Shown piece by piece: positions 1 to 11,728 of a DNA stretch of 64,000 bases. Source of the stretch: Heteronotia binoei (taxonomy: Eukaryota); contig NC_083227.1 in assembly GCF_032191835.1 (NCBI RefSeq), forward strand, positions 37,324,001 through 37,388,000, given 5' to 3'. The notes beneath the pieces were generated by a model. It did not search any database and was not told the origin of the DNA. It saw only the letters and a program-made list of their open reading frames with translations. The first letter of the stretch is position 1. Every line of letters starts with the position of its first letter. The translations under genes were made by a program, and so were the position numbers.

Positions 1-720
1 GACTATCTTAAAAATCATCTAAGAACCCATACAGGGGAGAAGCTTTTTGAATGCTCCGAGTGTGGGAAGAGATTTGGTCGCAGTGGTACTCTTCAGAATC
101 ATCTAAAAACCCACACAGGGGAGAAGCCTTTTGAATGCTCCGAGTGTGGGAAAAGATTCAGTCAGCGCAGCCATCTTCAAAATCATCTAAGAACCCATAC
201 AGGGGAGAAGCCTTTTGAATGCTCCGAGTGTGGGAAGAGATTTGGTCGCAGTGGTAGTCTTCAAAATCATCTAAAAACCCACACAGGTGAAAAGCCTTTT
301 GAATGCTCTGAGTGTGGGAAGGGATTCAGTCAGAGCAGCCATCTTCAAAATCATCTAAGAACCCATACAGGAGAGAAGCTTTTTGAATGCTCCGAGTGTG
401 GGAAGAGATTTGGTCGGAGTGGTACTCTTCAGAATCATCTAAAAACCCACACAAGTAAAAAGCCTTTTGAATGCTCCAAATGTGGGAAGGGATTCTGTCA
501 GAGCAGCCATCTTCAAAATCATCTAAGAACCTACTCAGGGGAGAAGCCTCTTGAATGCTCCAAGAGTTCAAATAGATTCACTCAGAGTGACACTCTTCAA
601 AATCCTCTGAGAACCCAAACAGGGGAGAATGCTTTTGAACACTCAGATGTAAAGAGCGATTCCATCAGTGTGGCAATCTTCAAAAGTGTTGAAGAATCTA
701 CACAAATGGAAAGCAGGTAA
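1..720 (+). CDS. 3' part of the terminal C2H2 zinc-finger exon of ZNF-B' (recent duplicate of ZNF-B), open at the window start
   Basis: Frame 1 is open from base 1 to TAA at 718-720. It encodes tandem [10 protein letters not shown]...HLxTHTGEKP fingers followed by a degenerate-finger tail (..EESTQMESR*). The ORF track misses it because there is no upstream ATG. Nearly identical to 53803..54522. Confidence 0.9.
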   Translation, partial: DYLKNHLRTHTGEKLFECSECGKRFGRSGTLQNHLKTHTGEKPFECSECGKRFSQRSHLQNHLRTHTGEKPFECSECGKRFGRSGSLQNHLKTHTGEKPFECSECGKGFSQSSHLQNHLRTHTGEKLFECSECGKRFGRSGTLQNHLKTHTSKKPFECSKCGKGFCQSSHLQNHLRTYSGEKPLECSKSSNRFTQSDTLQNPLRTQTGENAFEHSDVKSDSISVAIFKSVEESTQMESR

Positions 721-1540
721 CTGCTTAGCCCAAAGTTGTGGAACTCTCTTTTTCTGCTGGGACATGTGTGCCATAAAATGTTATGCTAGGTACTGAAGAT
801 AATAAATTTCAGAAAAGACACAGGCAAACCCTGTTAACAATGTAATTTTTTACTCAAAATGGGGCAAACCCAGTTAACACTATAATTTTTTACTCAAAAT
901 GCAAACATGCTTAAAACATTATTTCTGTAATTTAACTGTCATTGATAACTGACCTCTCTTGCTCTGAATTATTGCTTCAAAATCTGGATTCAGTGTCTGA
1001 GCTGCAGCTGAGAAAGTACTTTTGATTTATGGGCATTTATTAAAGAAAAGAGCTGTTCTCACACTGTCCAAAACATAGACAGAATTTTAGAAGCGGAAGC
1101 CTTAAGCATGCTTATGTATTCTATCACCCCTCAGCATCATCGGTCATTGCAGAAGAAATGCAGGGGAAGCAGCGCCAAGGCTTTCATGCCTCCCTTGTGA
1201 ATAAGGAGGGGAGAAAGATTGGTGTGTTCATCCGAAAAGCCTACTCCTCTTCGGCCTTGAACTGGGGATTGCAAACTATCCACCATCAGGGAAGGCGTAT
1301 CAGATCTTGCAGTAGGAGAAACTGGTACTTACCTGGACTTTCTTCCAGAAGACAAGAAACCCCTGGTCAGACTGGTGCAGGCAGAAGCCATCTGCCTGTC
1401 CAAGCAACGGATCAGTATGGGTAAGCACTCCGCTGAGAGCGGCTAAGGTGATGGCATTGGCCCTGGTGTTGGGCATCATGTTTGGCTCTGTTCTACCGCC
1501 ATTCTGCCTGAAATGAGACAGAGGGTGGGAGACTTAGATT

Positions 1541-1821
1541 AAGAAGAAGAAGATATTGGATTTATATCCCGCCCTCCACTCCAAATTTCAGAGTTTCAGA
1601 GCGGCTCACAATCTCCTTTACCTTCCTCCCCACAACAGATACTCTGGGAGGTGGGTGGGGCTGAGAGGGCTCTCACAGCAGCTGGCCTTTCAAGGACAAC
1701 CTCTGCCAGAGCTATGGCTGCCATGGCCATTCCAGCAGGTGCAAGTGGAGGAGTGGAGAATCAAACCCAGTTCTCCCAGATAAGAGTCCGCACACTTAAC
1801 TACTACACCAAACTGGCTCTC
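1541..1821 (-). mobile_element. tRNA-derived SINE, Squam3-like, inserted in DIRS ORF1
   Basis: On the - strand it begins GAGAGCCAGTTTGGTGTAGT with A/B-box-like motifs and has an L2-like 3' end with a (TTC)n tail. It matches copies at 38021, 46467, 50544 and 55337. Confidence 0.85.
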
Positions 1822-2653
1822 ACTTACCTCTTGAGGGGGCTACTGTTTGCCATCAACACCAACAAGGTGCTGTCCCAGATCAAAAAAGACAAGCAAATGG
1901 TGAGATCCTTTGGTATCCCCCAGGGATCCCCTGCCCCTTACAAGGCTTGCCACACCTATGGGCCTCATGGCTATCAGATGCCCTACTTCCACCACCCGTA
2001 CCAGCAGAAGGCAGTTCAGTATAATCCTCAGTGCCCCTTCCAAGGGCACATGGGCCAAGACAGATATAGGGCTGCGCACGGCAGGGACCTTCCCCACAAC
2101 AGCCCCAGGTCAAGGACTAGTGATAGCAGAGCTTGAAAGGGTCTTTCAGACTACCACCCGTGGCAGACCCCACACCCAACTTTTGCCTGGACAGGCTGAA
2201 ACCTTTTGTACAGACCTGGGGCTGGGTCTTGGTCATAGTGCAAAAGGGGGTACAAGCTAGAGCTTTGGCAAAGGGCCCCTCAACATCTGGATGGATCACT
2301 TGATAATTCCCTCCAGAGCTTCAACAGGAGGTAACCTCTCTGTTAGGCATGGGTGCACTTCAAAGAGACTCAAAAGTGTGATCTTGTCACAGTTTCTTTT
2401 CTCATATCCCCCCTCATCCTTGAGAAAGATGGGTTTCTGACCAATTTTAGATTTAAGGGGTGTTAACTTTATCCTCAAGGTTACAACATTCAAAAAGTTA
2501 GCAATATCTTCTGTTTTTAAAATGTTGGAATTAAACTTTTGGTATTGCATGCTAAATCTCTAAGATGCTTATTTTCATATGGCAATGCACCCAAGTTTAA
2601 GCACAGTATAGTTCCCTAGCAATACACCGTGCTCCTGTTTTGGTGGTCTACAG

Positions 2654-3238
2654 CAGGGGTCCCCAACCTCTGGGCCACAGACCAGTACTGGCTGTGGCCT
2701 GTTAGCAATGAGGCTGCGAGACAGAGGCGCCACACTGCCCCTTTTGCCTGCCTGGGAGCCGGGCGTGGCCTTCAAGGCTAACTCCCCTTGCAGGGGAGGC
2801 AGCCTCAGAGCAAGGCAGAGCAGCCCCACTGCCCCGTCCGCCCCATTGGGATCCAGGCAGACAAAAGAGGCTGTGCGGCCTCACTCCAAAGCTGCTTCTC
2901 CTTGCAGGGGAGGCAGCCTTGGAGTAAATCCACACCTCCTTTTGTCCACCTGGGTCTGGGCCAGGGGAAGAGGCAGCACTGCTGTGACCTTCCTACCCCT
3001 CATTTATAGACACCTGCTGATCAGTGGGGGTCTTTAGATGGGAAGGGGAGGTAGATTGGCTTCTGCTGCCTGGCTCCCCCCCTCCTTTAAAGAGGGTGCA
3101 GGCAGGGGTGCAGGCAGGGGGATAGCCTGGGCAGCAAAACCCCCAGCACCACCTCCTTCCCCCGCCCCCCCCCAGTCCATGGAAAAACTGCCTTCCACAA
3201 AACCAGTCCTTGGTGACAAAAAAGGTTGTGTGCCACTG
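2654..3238 (+). mobile_element. MER1-like non-autonomous hAT (Charlie-type) element inserted in DIRS RT
   Basis: Ends CAGGGGTCCCCAACC...GGTTGTGTGCCACTG with MER1-like subterminal sequence (TGGAAAAA..CTTCCACAAAACCAGTCC). Imperfect 8-bp flanks GTCTACAG/ATCCAAAG. The RT frame resumes after it. Confidence 0.8.
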
Positions 3239-4614
3239 ATCCAAAGCACCGAGGGTTTTTTAAAAGTGCCTAGCTGTAGTGGTAGCACACCTTAGAATTG
3301 AAAGGTATGTTATGTCCCCATATCAAGATGACTGGTCACAGAACAGTCCAAGGAGGCACTGGAGAGGCAAGTGGAGCCTGTGTTTACGTGCCAGAATCTG
3401 GGTTTGGTAGTCAGAAATCACAGCTTCAGCTTGTACATTAGGTTCAGTTCATTGGAGCCATTCTTGATTCATCCAGGGCAAAAGTGTCCCTATAAAAAAT
3501 GCATCTTCTATTAGAGCATATGCTTCCAATTGGCCTTATTCCTTCAAAAATTCCTAGGGCTCATGGCATCCACCACAGCTGCAAACAACCTGCAGCAATG
3601 GTTCCTGTATAGGTTCCTCCTGGCCAGGCACTCGCAACATGTCAAATTGTCAAACTGCTGGGAAGCAGCCCATATCTGGCAGTTCACTGCTTGTCAAGAA
3701 TTCTTATAGGCATTCAATGTCATAAGCGCAAACACCAGGGTGGATATATTGATTGGGACTTGGCTACTTAGGTCTCCCTGGAGGAGACCTGTATTTGTCT
3801 GGTGTTTGAAGATTAGGAGTTTCCAGAGATGAGTTTATTTGCCACAAAGCACGGTACCAAGGCCTTGAATTTTTGTTCCAGGGTGCGGGCAGATCCCCTC
3901 TCATTGGGGGGATGCCTTTCAGATCAGGTGGACTGTCACTATCTTCCATGCCTTTTCCCCTCTCCCACTTTTGCCCAGATTGCTGACCAAGGTCAGGGAC
4001 AAAGGAACTGACTGCATTCTGATAGTCCCCTTCTGGTCAAGGCAGGCATGGTTCCAGTTGTTGGACCTGGAGAGCCACTATGTCTGCCTCCTTCAGGTAG
4101 AGGACCTACGACATGATGTCCCACTTCTTCATAAAGTGGGCAGTTTGCAACTGATGGTGTGGCTCCTCAATAGCCCCAGTTCAGATTCTTGGAAGATTGT
4201 ATATTTTGCTGGATATGCATATATTAAGGGTGTCTTTACTCACACAGAGGAATTGGTTTTATTGGAAAAGACAATTTTTTCAGCAGGAGATGTTACAGTC
4301 CAGCATGCTGAATTGCTGGTGGTTCTGGAAGTGGTGAAAGCTGCCCCTTCAGGCTCCCTTGTGCCAGTCTATGCAGATAGGCAGTATATCTGGTTTTCTT
4401 TCTGATCTTAACAATTTGGAAGCAATATTGCTTCCGTATTTCCAGGGGCAATCCAATGAAAGCCAAATGGATCTGGTTGGTAATGATGAGCTGGCCTCAA
4501 CAAGAGGAAGCAACTTTATTCTGTAAAAGCACATCAAACTCGAGTTCTTCATGTCCCTGGGAATTCTGCTGCCAATACAGCTACGAAGGAAGCAAGACAG
4601 CAATCTGTTGTAGG

Positions 4615-4807
4615 CAGGGCTTTTTGTGTGGGAAAAATCCCAGCAGGAACTCATTTGCATATTAGGCCACGCCCCTGATGTCACCATTGTTTCGGGGCTT
4701 TTTGTCGAAAAAGCCCAGCAGGAACTCATTTGCATATTAGGCCACACACCCTGACACCAAGCCAGCCAGAACTGCGTTCCTGTGCATTCCTGCTCAAAAA
4801 AGCCCTG
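4615..4807 (+). mobile_element. hAT MITE carrying duplicated ATTTGCAT (octamer) motifs
   Basis: TIRs CAGGGCTTTTT/AAAAAGCCCTG and a perfect 8-bp TSD GTTGTAGG (4607-4614, 4808-4815). Internal tandem repeat AAAGCCCAGCAGGAACTCATTTGCATATTAGGCCAC. Confidence 0.9.
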
Positions 4808-4913
4808 GTTGTAGGTGTGGCGAACAGGTAAACTGCCTTTTTGAATGATATTTTACAGGCATGCTTAGTCCTCAGCAAGCCAAACCCCAAAAATGACCCC
4901 CAAAGTTATAAAT

Positions 4914-4982
4914 ATTGTCAGTCTTTAAGGTGCTGTTTGACTTTTGTTTTATTTTGCTACAACAGACTAACGCAGTATCCCT
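4914..4982 (+). mobile_element. Penelope-like terminal remnant
   Basis: GTCTTTAAGGTGCT...TTTTGCTACAACAGACTAAC resembles reptile Penelope-derived ends, from recall only. Confidence 0.45.
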
Positions 4983-5369
4983 TTTCAACCAAATAGTTCA
5001 ACAAAGTGGCCAGCCAGTTGCCTTGAGACATGTTTATGTGGAACATTAGTAGGTGGCCATTCACACATCTGTCTCTGACTAATGGGACCTGACCCTTTAT
5101 GTACTCAGACTGCAAACTGGTGCAGTATTTTCCTGTAAATTAGGCCATGCTTTTAAAAGGGTTAACTTTTATTCACTAAGAAGTAGCTGACAGAAGGCAC
5201 AACAGAAAGGAAATCTGAATGGTAACGGGCAATCAAAACATCTGCCAAATCAAAACCCTTCAGTTATTGGTAGGTTTAGTTCAACAGTTACTAAAATGTT
5301 TGGGATTAAGATGCCCAATTATGTTTCCCACATGGTTAGTGCACTAGAGAATTTGGTGGATGTGTTAAT

Positions 5370-6114
5370 GGCCTTTTTCACACAGTCTATGTATTCCGGT
5401 ATGGAAGCTGGTCAGTTACTGAACAGTAACGGGTTTCTGCTGGCATTTCAGACAGACCCGATTCAGTAACTGGCTGCTACCGGAATACTCTCACCTTTTC
5501 ACACACTCCTGCGGCTGTCCCGGTAGTGAGGCGTGCCTGAGTCGTTACAAAGAGCAGCTTCTTCCACTTTTCAACCCCTCCTTCCGGGTTGAAATCGCTA
5601 TGGGGTGCTGTGTGAAATGTCCAGTATCTAACCCGGGAGCAGTTTTCGCGCCCTTTTCGCCCGCCGGCGCATGCGATCTCCGGCTTTTTTTTTTTTTTGG
5701 AACGTCGGGCTAAGATCGCTATAGTGACGTATCACAACAGCATCACCATAGGGATGCCTGGGCTCCATTAAGATGCCAGATATCGCCACCGCTGAAACCT
5801 GGTAACTTATCTCAATAGAGCCTAGCCATCTCTATGGTGTTGCTGTTGTGATACGTCACTATAGCGCTATAGCGATCTTAGCCCGATGTTCAAAAAAAAA
5901 TAATAAGCTGGAGATCGCGAGCCGGCAGGCAAAAACAGCTGGCGCTGGTGGAAGCGAGATAAGAGCGGAACAGTGTGAAATGGCTCGCTTCAATCACGGA
6001 ACCCTACCGGAAAAAAAAACATGTGTCTGAAAACTCCCATCCCTGTCTCGGATTACTGCAAGCGGCACAATACCGACTCCCTTCCGGTTTCCACTGGTAA
6101 GTGTGAAAAGGGCC
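5370..6114. mobile_element. CpG-rich palindromic MITE, PIF/Harbinger-like
   Basis: TIRs GGCCTTTTTCACAC / GTGTGAAAAGGGCC with a 3-bp AAT duplication on both sides, plus a long central inverted repeat (about 5690-5900). Confidence 0.7.
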
Positions 6115-7742
6115 AATGTCTCTGAAGAGAATGAGAGAAGGAAGTAGGGTGATGCCAGCCTCCTACTGGGATCTGCAAATTACCAGAAGTTACACCTCAT
6201 TTCCAGACTACAGAAATCAGTTCCTGTGGAGAAGATGGATGTTTGGAGGGCGGACTCTATGGCATTGTACTCCATTGATAGATGCTCCAGAGCAGTAACC
6301 ATGAGCTGTGGCAGAGCAATGGGGCGAAAGATTGTGGAGATGAAGCTAACTGTAACCTGAGATGGTGCTGATTAACTCAAAAACAAGGACTGGATATTTG
6401 CTTACAGATGTGCGGGGACTTAGATTAGCTTTTGCCTTTATAATTTCTCCAGAATGAGTCTGCATTGCTCTCTTGGATGGGTCAGACACTTAGCTTAAGC
6501 AAATCTCTTTATGTCTCCTGTCATATTTGTCCTAGCCATCCCTAACGCTGACCATTTCTTGTGGCTGGAATCAGGATTGGTTGCTTTTAGGATGAGCCTT
6601 GCAAAAGGACACCCAGAAACCTTGTTTCAAAAAATCTGGAAGTGGGGGGGGGGGGGAGGGAGGAGAATGCAGGCTCTCCAGGCAGGCTTCCCTTTGCTGT
6701 CGGAGCTTGGGGGTACTATCAGGTTCATTGCTTCACTGAGGCTGGGAGGCTTGGGAGCTTGTATTTTGAGCTATGTGCTCACTCGTGGGTGGCTAAGTAC
6801 AATCGGGAAGAGTTGGGACTTGCCTGCCTAGTGCGGCATTTGGAGCAATAAATTTCCCCTGCTCCTTTAAACAGGTTCCCTAGCTTCCTCTCCCCCCCCC
6901 CCACCACCACCTCGGCTCCTCCCTTCCCAACTCAGTTTCACTTCGGCACTTACTCCTCCCAGACTCAGCTTTTCCTCCTCCTTCCTCAGCTTCCTTCCAC
7001 TTGGTCTCCCAAACAAACTTTTCTTCTTCTCTCCCAACTGCACTGTAAGTTGTAATTTTTTTTCTGAGTGTAAAGGTGGGCGTGGGGGAGAGGTTTGGAC
7101 CTGGACAAAACAGGGCTCCAGCAACAGGATTTCAGGGCCAGTTTTTAATTTAAAAATAAAATAAAATAAAGGGCACAGAAGAGGATTTTCCAGGAGGAAA
7201 GATTTGCACAGTGGAGGGGTGGATAATAGAAAGAAGCAGAAAAGCAAGGAGCTAAAAAACCAAGAACAGAAGCCTTTCTGCAGCATATCCTGGAAAGATG
7301 CCAGCCTCCAAGTGGGAGCTGGGGTTCCCCTAAAATTACAGGTCATCTCCAACCTACAAAGATCAGAAGTGGACAAGAGCTATTCTGTGCTAATCTCCAG
7401 GGGAACTGAAAGGATAAGGTATTTCTCTGTTTTAGAACCAGTTTGCTATGTACAGTCATGCAACATATCAGAGCCATGCATTGTTACAAATGTTTAAAAA
7501 CAGCCTATTGTGAAGAATATTTTCCAGCTATGCAAATATGTCAGGGTTTGGTCCTTGATGGCCCACAAGCCTGTTTAAAAGGTGGATATGAGACATATGC
7601 AAAGAAATAGTTTTTCATCTTGGATTTGGCTGACAGAGGTGCTAAGAGATTTCTTTATGCCAGTTATGGAATTGCTTTGGGACTGTTGTTGCTGTGAATC
7701 TAGTTGTGCCTTCCTTCTTTGGCAGCCTGTAATAATTCCTAG

Positions 7743-7909
7743 CAGGGGTCATTTTGTAGAAAAATAGGTGATGGAGCTCATCCAGGGATTGTTATGTAGC
7801 TGCATCTACTATTCAATGGACAAGGAATGTAGGTGGGGAGGAGGAAGGGGAACCCTCAGAAAGGTTCAAAAGCTGTGCTCCTGTGAGCTCCTGCTGAATT
7901 CAAGGCCTG
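7743..7909 (+). mobile_element. hAT MITE
   Basis: Ends CAGGGGTC...AGGCCTG with a perfect 8-bp TSD ATTCCTAG (7735-7742, 7910-7917). Confidence 0.85.
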
Positions 7910-8802
7910 ATTCCTAGACATTTGTGAACTGATTACAAAGCAAAATAACATCCAGTGGATACTAGTTGTTCAAACCAGCAGCTGGCACTGTAAAGAAGAG
8001 GGGCTGAAACGCCCTATGACAGGAGTGGCGAATGGTAGCTCTCCAGATGTTTTTTTGCCTACAACCCATCAGCCCCAGCCAGCAAGGCCAATGACTGGGG
8101 CTGATCGGAGTTGTAGGCAAAAACACCTGGAGAGCTACTGTTGGCCACTCCTGCCTATGACTCAGGGAAGGAGATGTGTGAAACACAATTATACCCTCAA
8201 GTTTTCAGTTGACAGACTTAATTTGCAAAGTAAACAAATTCAGTAGTACTTTTAGTTACGTATATATCATAGTTAAGATGCAGGCAGTTTCTGCTAGGAG
8301 AATAAAAGTATCAAAAGGCTACCTTCCACAGAAAAGAAATATAGGAACTCCTGGCCACTGGCAGGGAATGGGGGAGTTGGGTTGCCATATCCAGATGAGA
8401 AACTTGTGGAGATTTGGGGACATAACCTGGAGAGGAAAGGCACCTCAGCAGGGTATAATGTCATACGGTTCTTCCTCTGAAGCAGCAGTTTTCTCCAGTG
8501 TGTAGTCTAAAAATGAGCTGTAATTCCAGGGGATTCCCCAGGTCCCACCTGGAGGCTGGCATCCCTAGGTTCATACAGTTTTCTGTTGTGCATTTTGCAT
8601 AGTGTGAAGTGTGCAGTTCAGTGCATAGAATCATTGAACCTTAGAGCTGGAAGGGCCTCCAGGGTCACCTAGTCCAACCCTCTGCACAATGCAGGAAATT
8701 CATGAAGAAGTTAACAGAATCAACATTGCATGCGTCTCTTTCCTACTAAAGTCAGTGTAAAGGGCTTCATTTTTTGCAGAACTTTTATGCCATGCTCTAG
8801 AC

Positions 8803-9108
8803 AAGGGGTGGCCAAACTTGTGTAATGTAAGAGCCACATAGAATAGATGTCAGATGTTTGAGAGCCACAAGACATGAATGTCAGATGTTTGAGAGCAGGA
8901 AGGCAGGCAGGCAAATAGCTGAGGGGAGGGAGAGGTGGAAAGAAATCAACTTTAAATGCATTCTTCAAGCCACTGGTTGACTAGGCTTGATTTAAAGAGA
9001 GAAATGCCTTCTCCAAGTCAGCTGACAGGGTGGTGTGGGCTTTGACAGCCACATAATATGTGTGAAAGAGCTACATGTGGCTCCTGAGCCACAGTTTAGC
9101 CACCCCTG
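8803..9108 (+). mobile_element. Charlie-type hAT MITE
   Basis: TIRs (C)AGGGGTGGCCAAAC / GTTTAGCCACCCCTG with flanks CTCTAGAC/CACTATAC. Same family as 9777..10270 and 31947..32272. Confidence 0.8.
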
Positions 9109-9776
9109 CACTATACTGTTTTTGAATATTTTACCAAGTAATTCATTTGCATTGTTCTCCACTTCAGTAATTGTAGTCCTAATACATTGTTTATTAAAGG
9201 CTCTTGCTGTCTGATTGAATTGCTTTTCATTTTTTGTATTCTGTCCTGAGTCTCAGTGAGGAAGGTGGGCTATAAATGAAGTTGATAACAATACTAATGT
9301 TATATGTTGGATAGCCTCTACCTGTGTGTTGTATATATCTTCTTAAATTAGTTGTGGAGTATATGCAGAAAGTATTCTGCTGGTATTATTTCTTATTGTT
9401 AAAGCACAATCTGATGACAGTATAATTTTCAAATCAACACTGCATTTTTGTGGTGGTGAGGTTTATTTTGGTCTGTTTTGAAGCTATGAATTATGCTTGG
9501 TATGTGTGCTGAGTGAAATGTATCTGCTGGAGTTCCCTATTGCTGCTTAAGTCAAACTCTCTTCTTTTGGCCTGCTTTGTTTTCTGCTGAAATTTGACCT
9601 TTAAAAACAAACCAATCCAGAGTGCTTTGGTTAGGTTATTTATTTTGGTAAAAGTAAATATATATTTTGCTATTTCGTCTATAATTCTCCCCATCAGTAA
9701 GGTTCTACAGCATCCTTGATGCTTTATGCAAAATTTTTGTTATTTTTGCACAGGCAGGAGGCCTAAAAGTCTAGAG

Positions 9777-10270
9777 CAAGGGTGGCCAAACTGAGGCTCA
9801 GGAGCCACATGTGGCTCTTTCACACATACTGTGTGGCTCCCGAAGCCCCCACTGCTGTCCCATTGGCCAGCTTGGAGAAGGCATTTCTCTCTCTAAATCA
9901 TGTTTCCAAGCCAGCTGGCAGCTTGGAGAATGCATTTAAAGTTAAAGTTGCTTTCTTTCCACCTCTCCCTCCCTCCTCCCCCATCCAGGGGTTATTTTGT
10001 AGAAAAAAAGTGTGGGAGCTCAGTAGTATATCTCATTTGTGTGTGCCCTGGAATCTGTGTACAGTGGGGAGAGAACTGCCCACTGCATACAGATCCTGGC
10101 TGGAGGTTCAGGTGCTGTGCTCCTGTGAGCTCCTACCAAATTCAAGCCCTGCCCCCAGCTATTTGCCTACATGCCTGTTTCAAACAGCTGATGTTCATGT
10201 CTTGTGGCTCTCAAACATCTGATGTTTATTCTATGTGATTCTTAGCATTAAGCAATTTTGACCACCCCTG
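9777..10270 (-). mobile_element. Charlie-type hAT MITE containing a nested second hAT MITE (9986..10151)
   Basis: Outer TSD GTCTAGAG/GCCTAGAG. The inner element, from the 7743..7909 family, has TSD CCCCCATC/CCCCCAGC. Confidence 0.85.
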
Positions 10271-10429
10271 GCCTAGAGGTAATGTAAAATGGGGAAAAGG
10301 TGGGGGTGGGAAGTTATATATGACAGTATGTTTGAAGTTTGGGGGTGGGAAGAAGTTTCTTCAGAGGAAAAGGCGGGTTTGGGAGAGTGCCCAGAAAATG
10401 ATGTCAAAGGAAGAAGTGGGGTTTTAGTG

Positions 10430-10604
10430 GCGTGTGCTGGAAGTGACATCATCGAATGAGCGGAAGTGACATCACTTTATCTTTGACCTGGAAGTGACAT
10501 CACAGAAAATGACATCACAGAAGTCTCCTGGCTCCACCCCCAAAGTCTCCTGGCTCCACTCCCAAAGTCCCCAGATATTTGTTGAGTTGGACTTGGCAAC
10601 CCTA
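10430..10604 (+). promoter_or_regulatory. Cluster of GGAAGTGACATC motifs (ETS-like plus CRE-like) within a hAT right end, just upstream of the CpG-rich region
   Basis: GGAAGTGACATC occurs three times in 10438-10502 with further TGACATCA copies. The segment ends in the TIR GACTTGGCAACCCTA at 10604. Confidence 0.4.
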
Positions 10605-10619
10605 CTCTGACAGCAGCCC

Positions 10620-10861
10620 GGCTGAAGCCCAATCCAATGGAAGTCTGTGGCGCCGTTCTCTATGGGAAGGGCAGGAAGCATCTTTCAAGTGTCTGCGGCT
10701 CTGCAAGGGTTAAAACAGCCGAGCTGTTTGCTAGAGAGCCCGAGCGGGATGGGGGGGAGGTTTTGCTTCCGAATTGGGAAGGAAGAGAACAGAGAGGGCT
10801 TCGGGGATGCAACAGTGGCGTCTTGCAGCCGGATTCTTGGAAGGCTTATTCTCAAGTAAGT
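10620..10861 (+). promoter_or_regulatory. Putative promoter and non-coding exon 1 of ZNF-A
   Basis: CpG-rich segment (continuing to about 11250), CCAAT motifs near 10627-10640, and a consensus donor CAA|GTAAGT at 10856-10861, about 1.9 kb upstream of the SCAN exon acceptor (12789). Confidence 0.5.
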
Positions 10862-11728
10862 CATTTCGGCCTTGGAAAACAGAAATTCTGCTGTCGTGTG
10901 GCTTGGGGTGGGGTTAAATAGTTTTTTGGGTTTTTTTTTTTAAAGTAATCTGTTCGATTGCGTATGTGCTTTTTTGCATTTGTTCGCCCACGTGGTGCCC
11001 CTGGCTGGGGCTGAATGGCGGGATCTGGATTTTGCAAATCGAAATAAATTCGCAGCCAGGGAGGTCGGAGGGAGGCCCAGGAAGAATTGCCGGGGAGGAT
11101 GACAGGAATGAACCCTTCTTGCCGAGTGGCTGCTCAAATACCGCGCCTTTTGGCCAGTGATTCCCTCCCCCCCACCCATTTGCAGTTTTCCGGGGGGGTG
11201 GGGACGTTATTTTATTTATTTACATTTTTTGCAGTCCGCCCTTTACTGGGACTCAATACTATCACTACGCAATGCAGTTTGGGTTGTAGACCCGACCAGA
11301 AATCTGAAAAAACCATGTTGAAGGAAAGCATAAATGTTGACATGACCCACAAAATGCTGCAAAATGGCACAGTAGGATCCAGCTTACAGCAAAATAAACG
11401 CAGTCGGTTAGACCACATGCCCTAATGATCTATCCAAGTAGCTCTGTGAAGCCTTTTTGTACAGTGCTACCCCTCTTGCTTACTTAGAAAAGCCCTCTTG
11501 AATTATTCAGTTTTGTTTAGTTTGAGGAAAGTCAGGAGAGTGGTTAAGCCCTTACTAGTCGCTTTGTCCTAGGTGTCACTTTACCTTGAGATACATCCAC
11601 TACACAGACTGGTCTCCAGAAATCAGAGGCCAACCTCATAACATCAACAGCAGATTTTCAAAGAGCCAAATACAGATGCTTTTCTTTTCTGAAGGACAAA
11701 CATATCTTTAAAAGCTTGAATCTTAATA

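Larger units (their letters stand above)
1120..4870 (+). mobile_element. Decayed DIRS1-like tyrosine-recombinase retrotransposon (gag-like ORF1, RT/RNaseH/MT-like ORF2, YR remnants) interrupted by younger elements
   Basis: Manual translation gives a gag-like tail (HHVWLCSTAILPEMRQRVGDL|PLEG; TNKVLSQIKKDK) and RT motifs PILDLRGVNFILKVTTFK, LNL*DAYFHMAMHP, APRVF*KCLAVVVAHLR and PYQDDW. It also gives the DIRS ORF2 end ILIVPFWSRQAWF...LMVWLL and a YR-like VKAHQTR (HxxR). Many stops and frameshifts; the ends are approximate. Confidence 0.8.
1..7667. repeat. Copy 1 of a recent segmental/tandem duplication (matches 53803..64000)
   Basis: Base-by-base colinearity at offset 53,802 at the start (ORFs 326..571 vs 54128..54373, 3971..4405 vs 57775..58209). 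The window's last bases match 7648..7667. Confidence 0.97.

Noticed and set aside
326-571. Antisense ORFs over finger arrays (also 24785..25057, 25492..25719, 52806..53129, 54128..54373)
   Set aside because: These are shadow frames of the repetitive C2H2 coding strand.
801-806. AATAAA as the ZNF-B' poly(A) signal (54603-54608 in B)
   Set aside because: Plausible but unsupported. Paralogous UTR similarity continues about 300 bp further, and the motif is common in AT-rich DNA.
6867-7376. 169-aa - strand ORF present in both duplicate copies
   Set aside because: Low complexity and overlapping hAT-like fragments. Its persistence reflects the recent duplication, and its end differs between copies.
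9491-9694. LWIGL-containing - strand ORF as a second lectin exon
   Set aside because: It has no flanking splice sites or W-x-W-x-DG motif and no neighbouring CTLD exons, so it is treated as chance.
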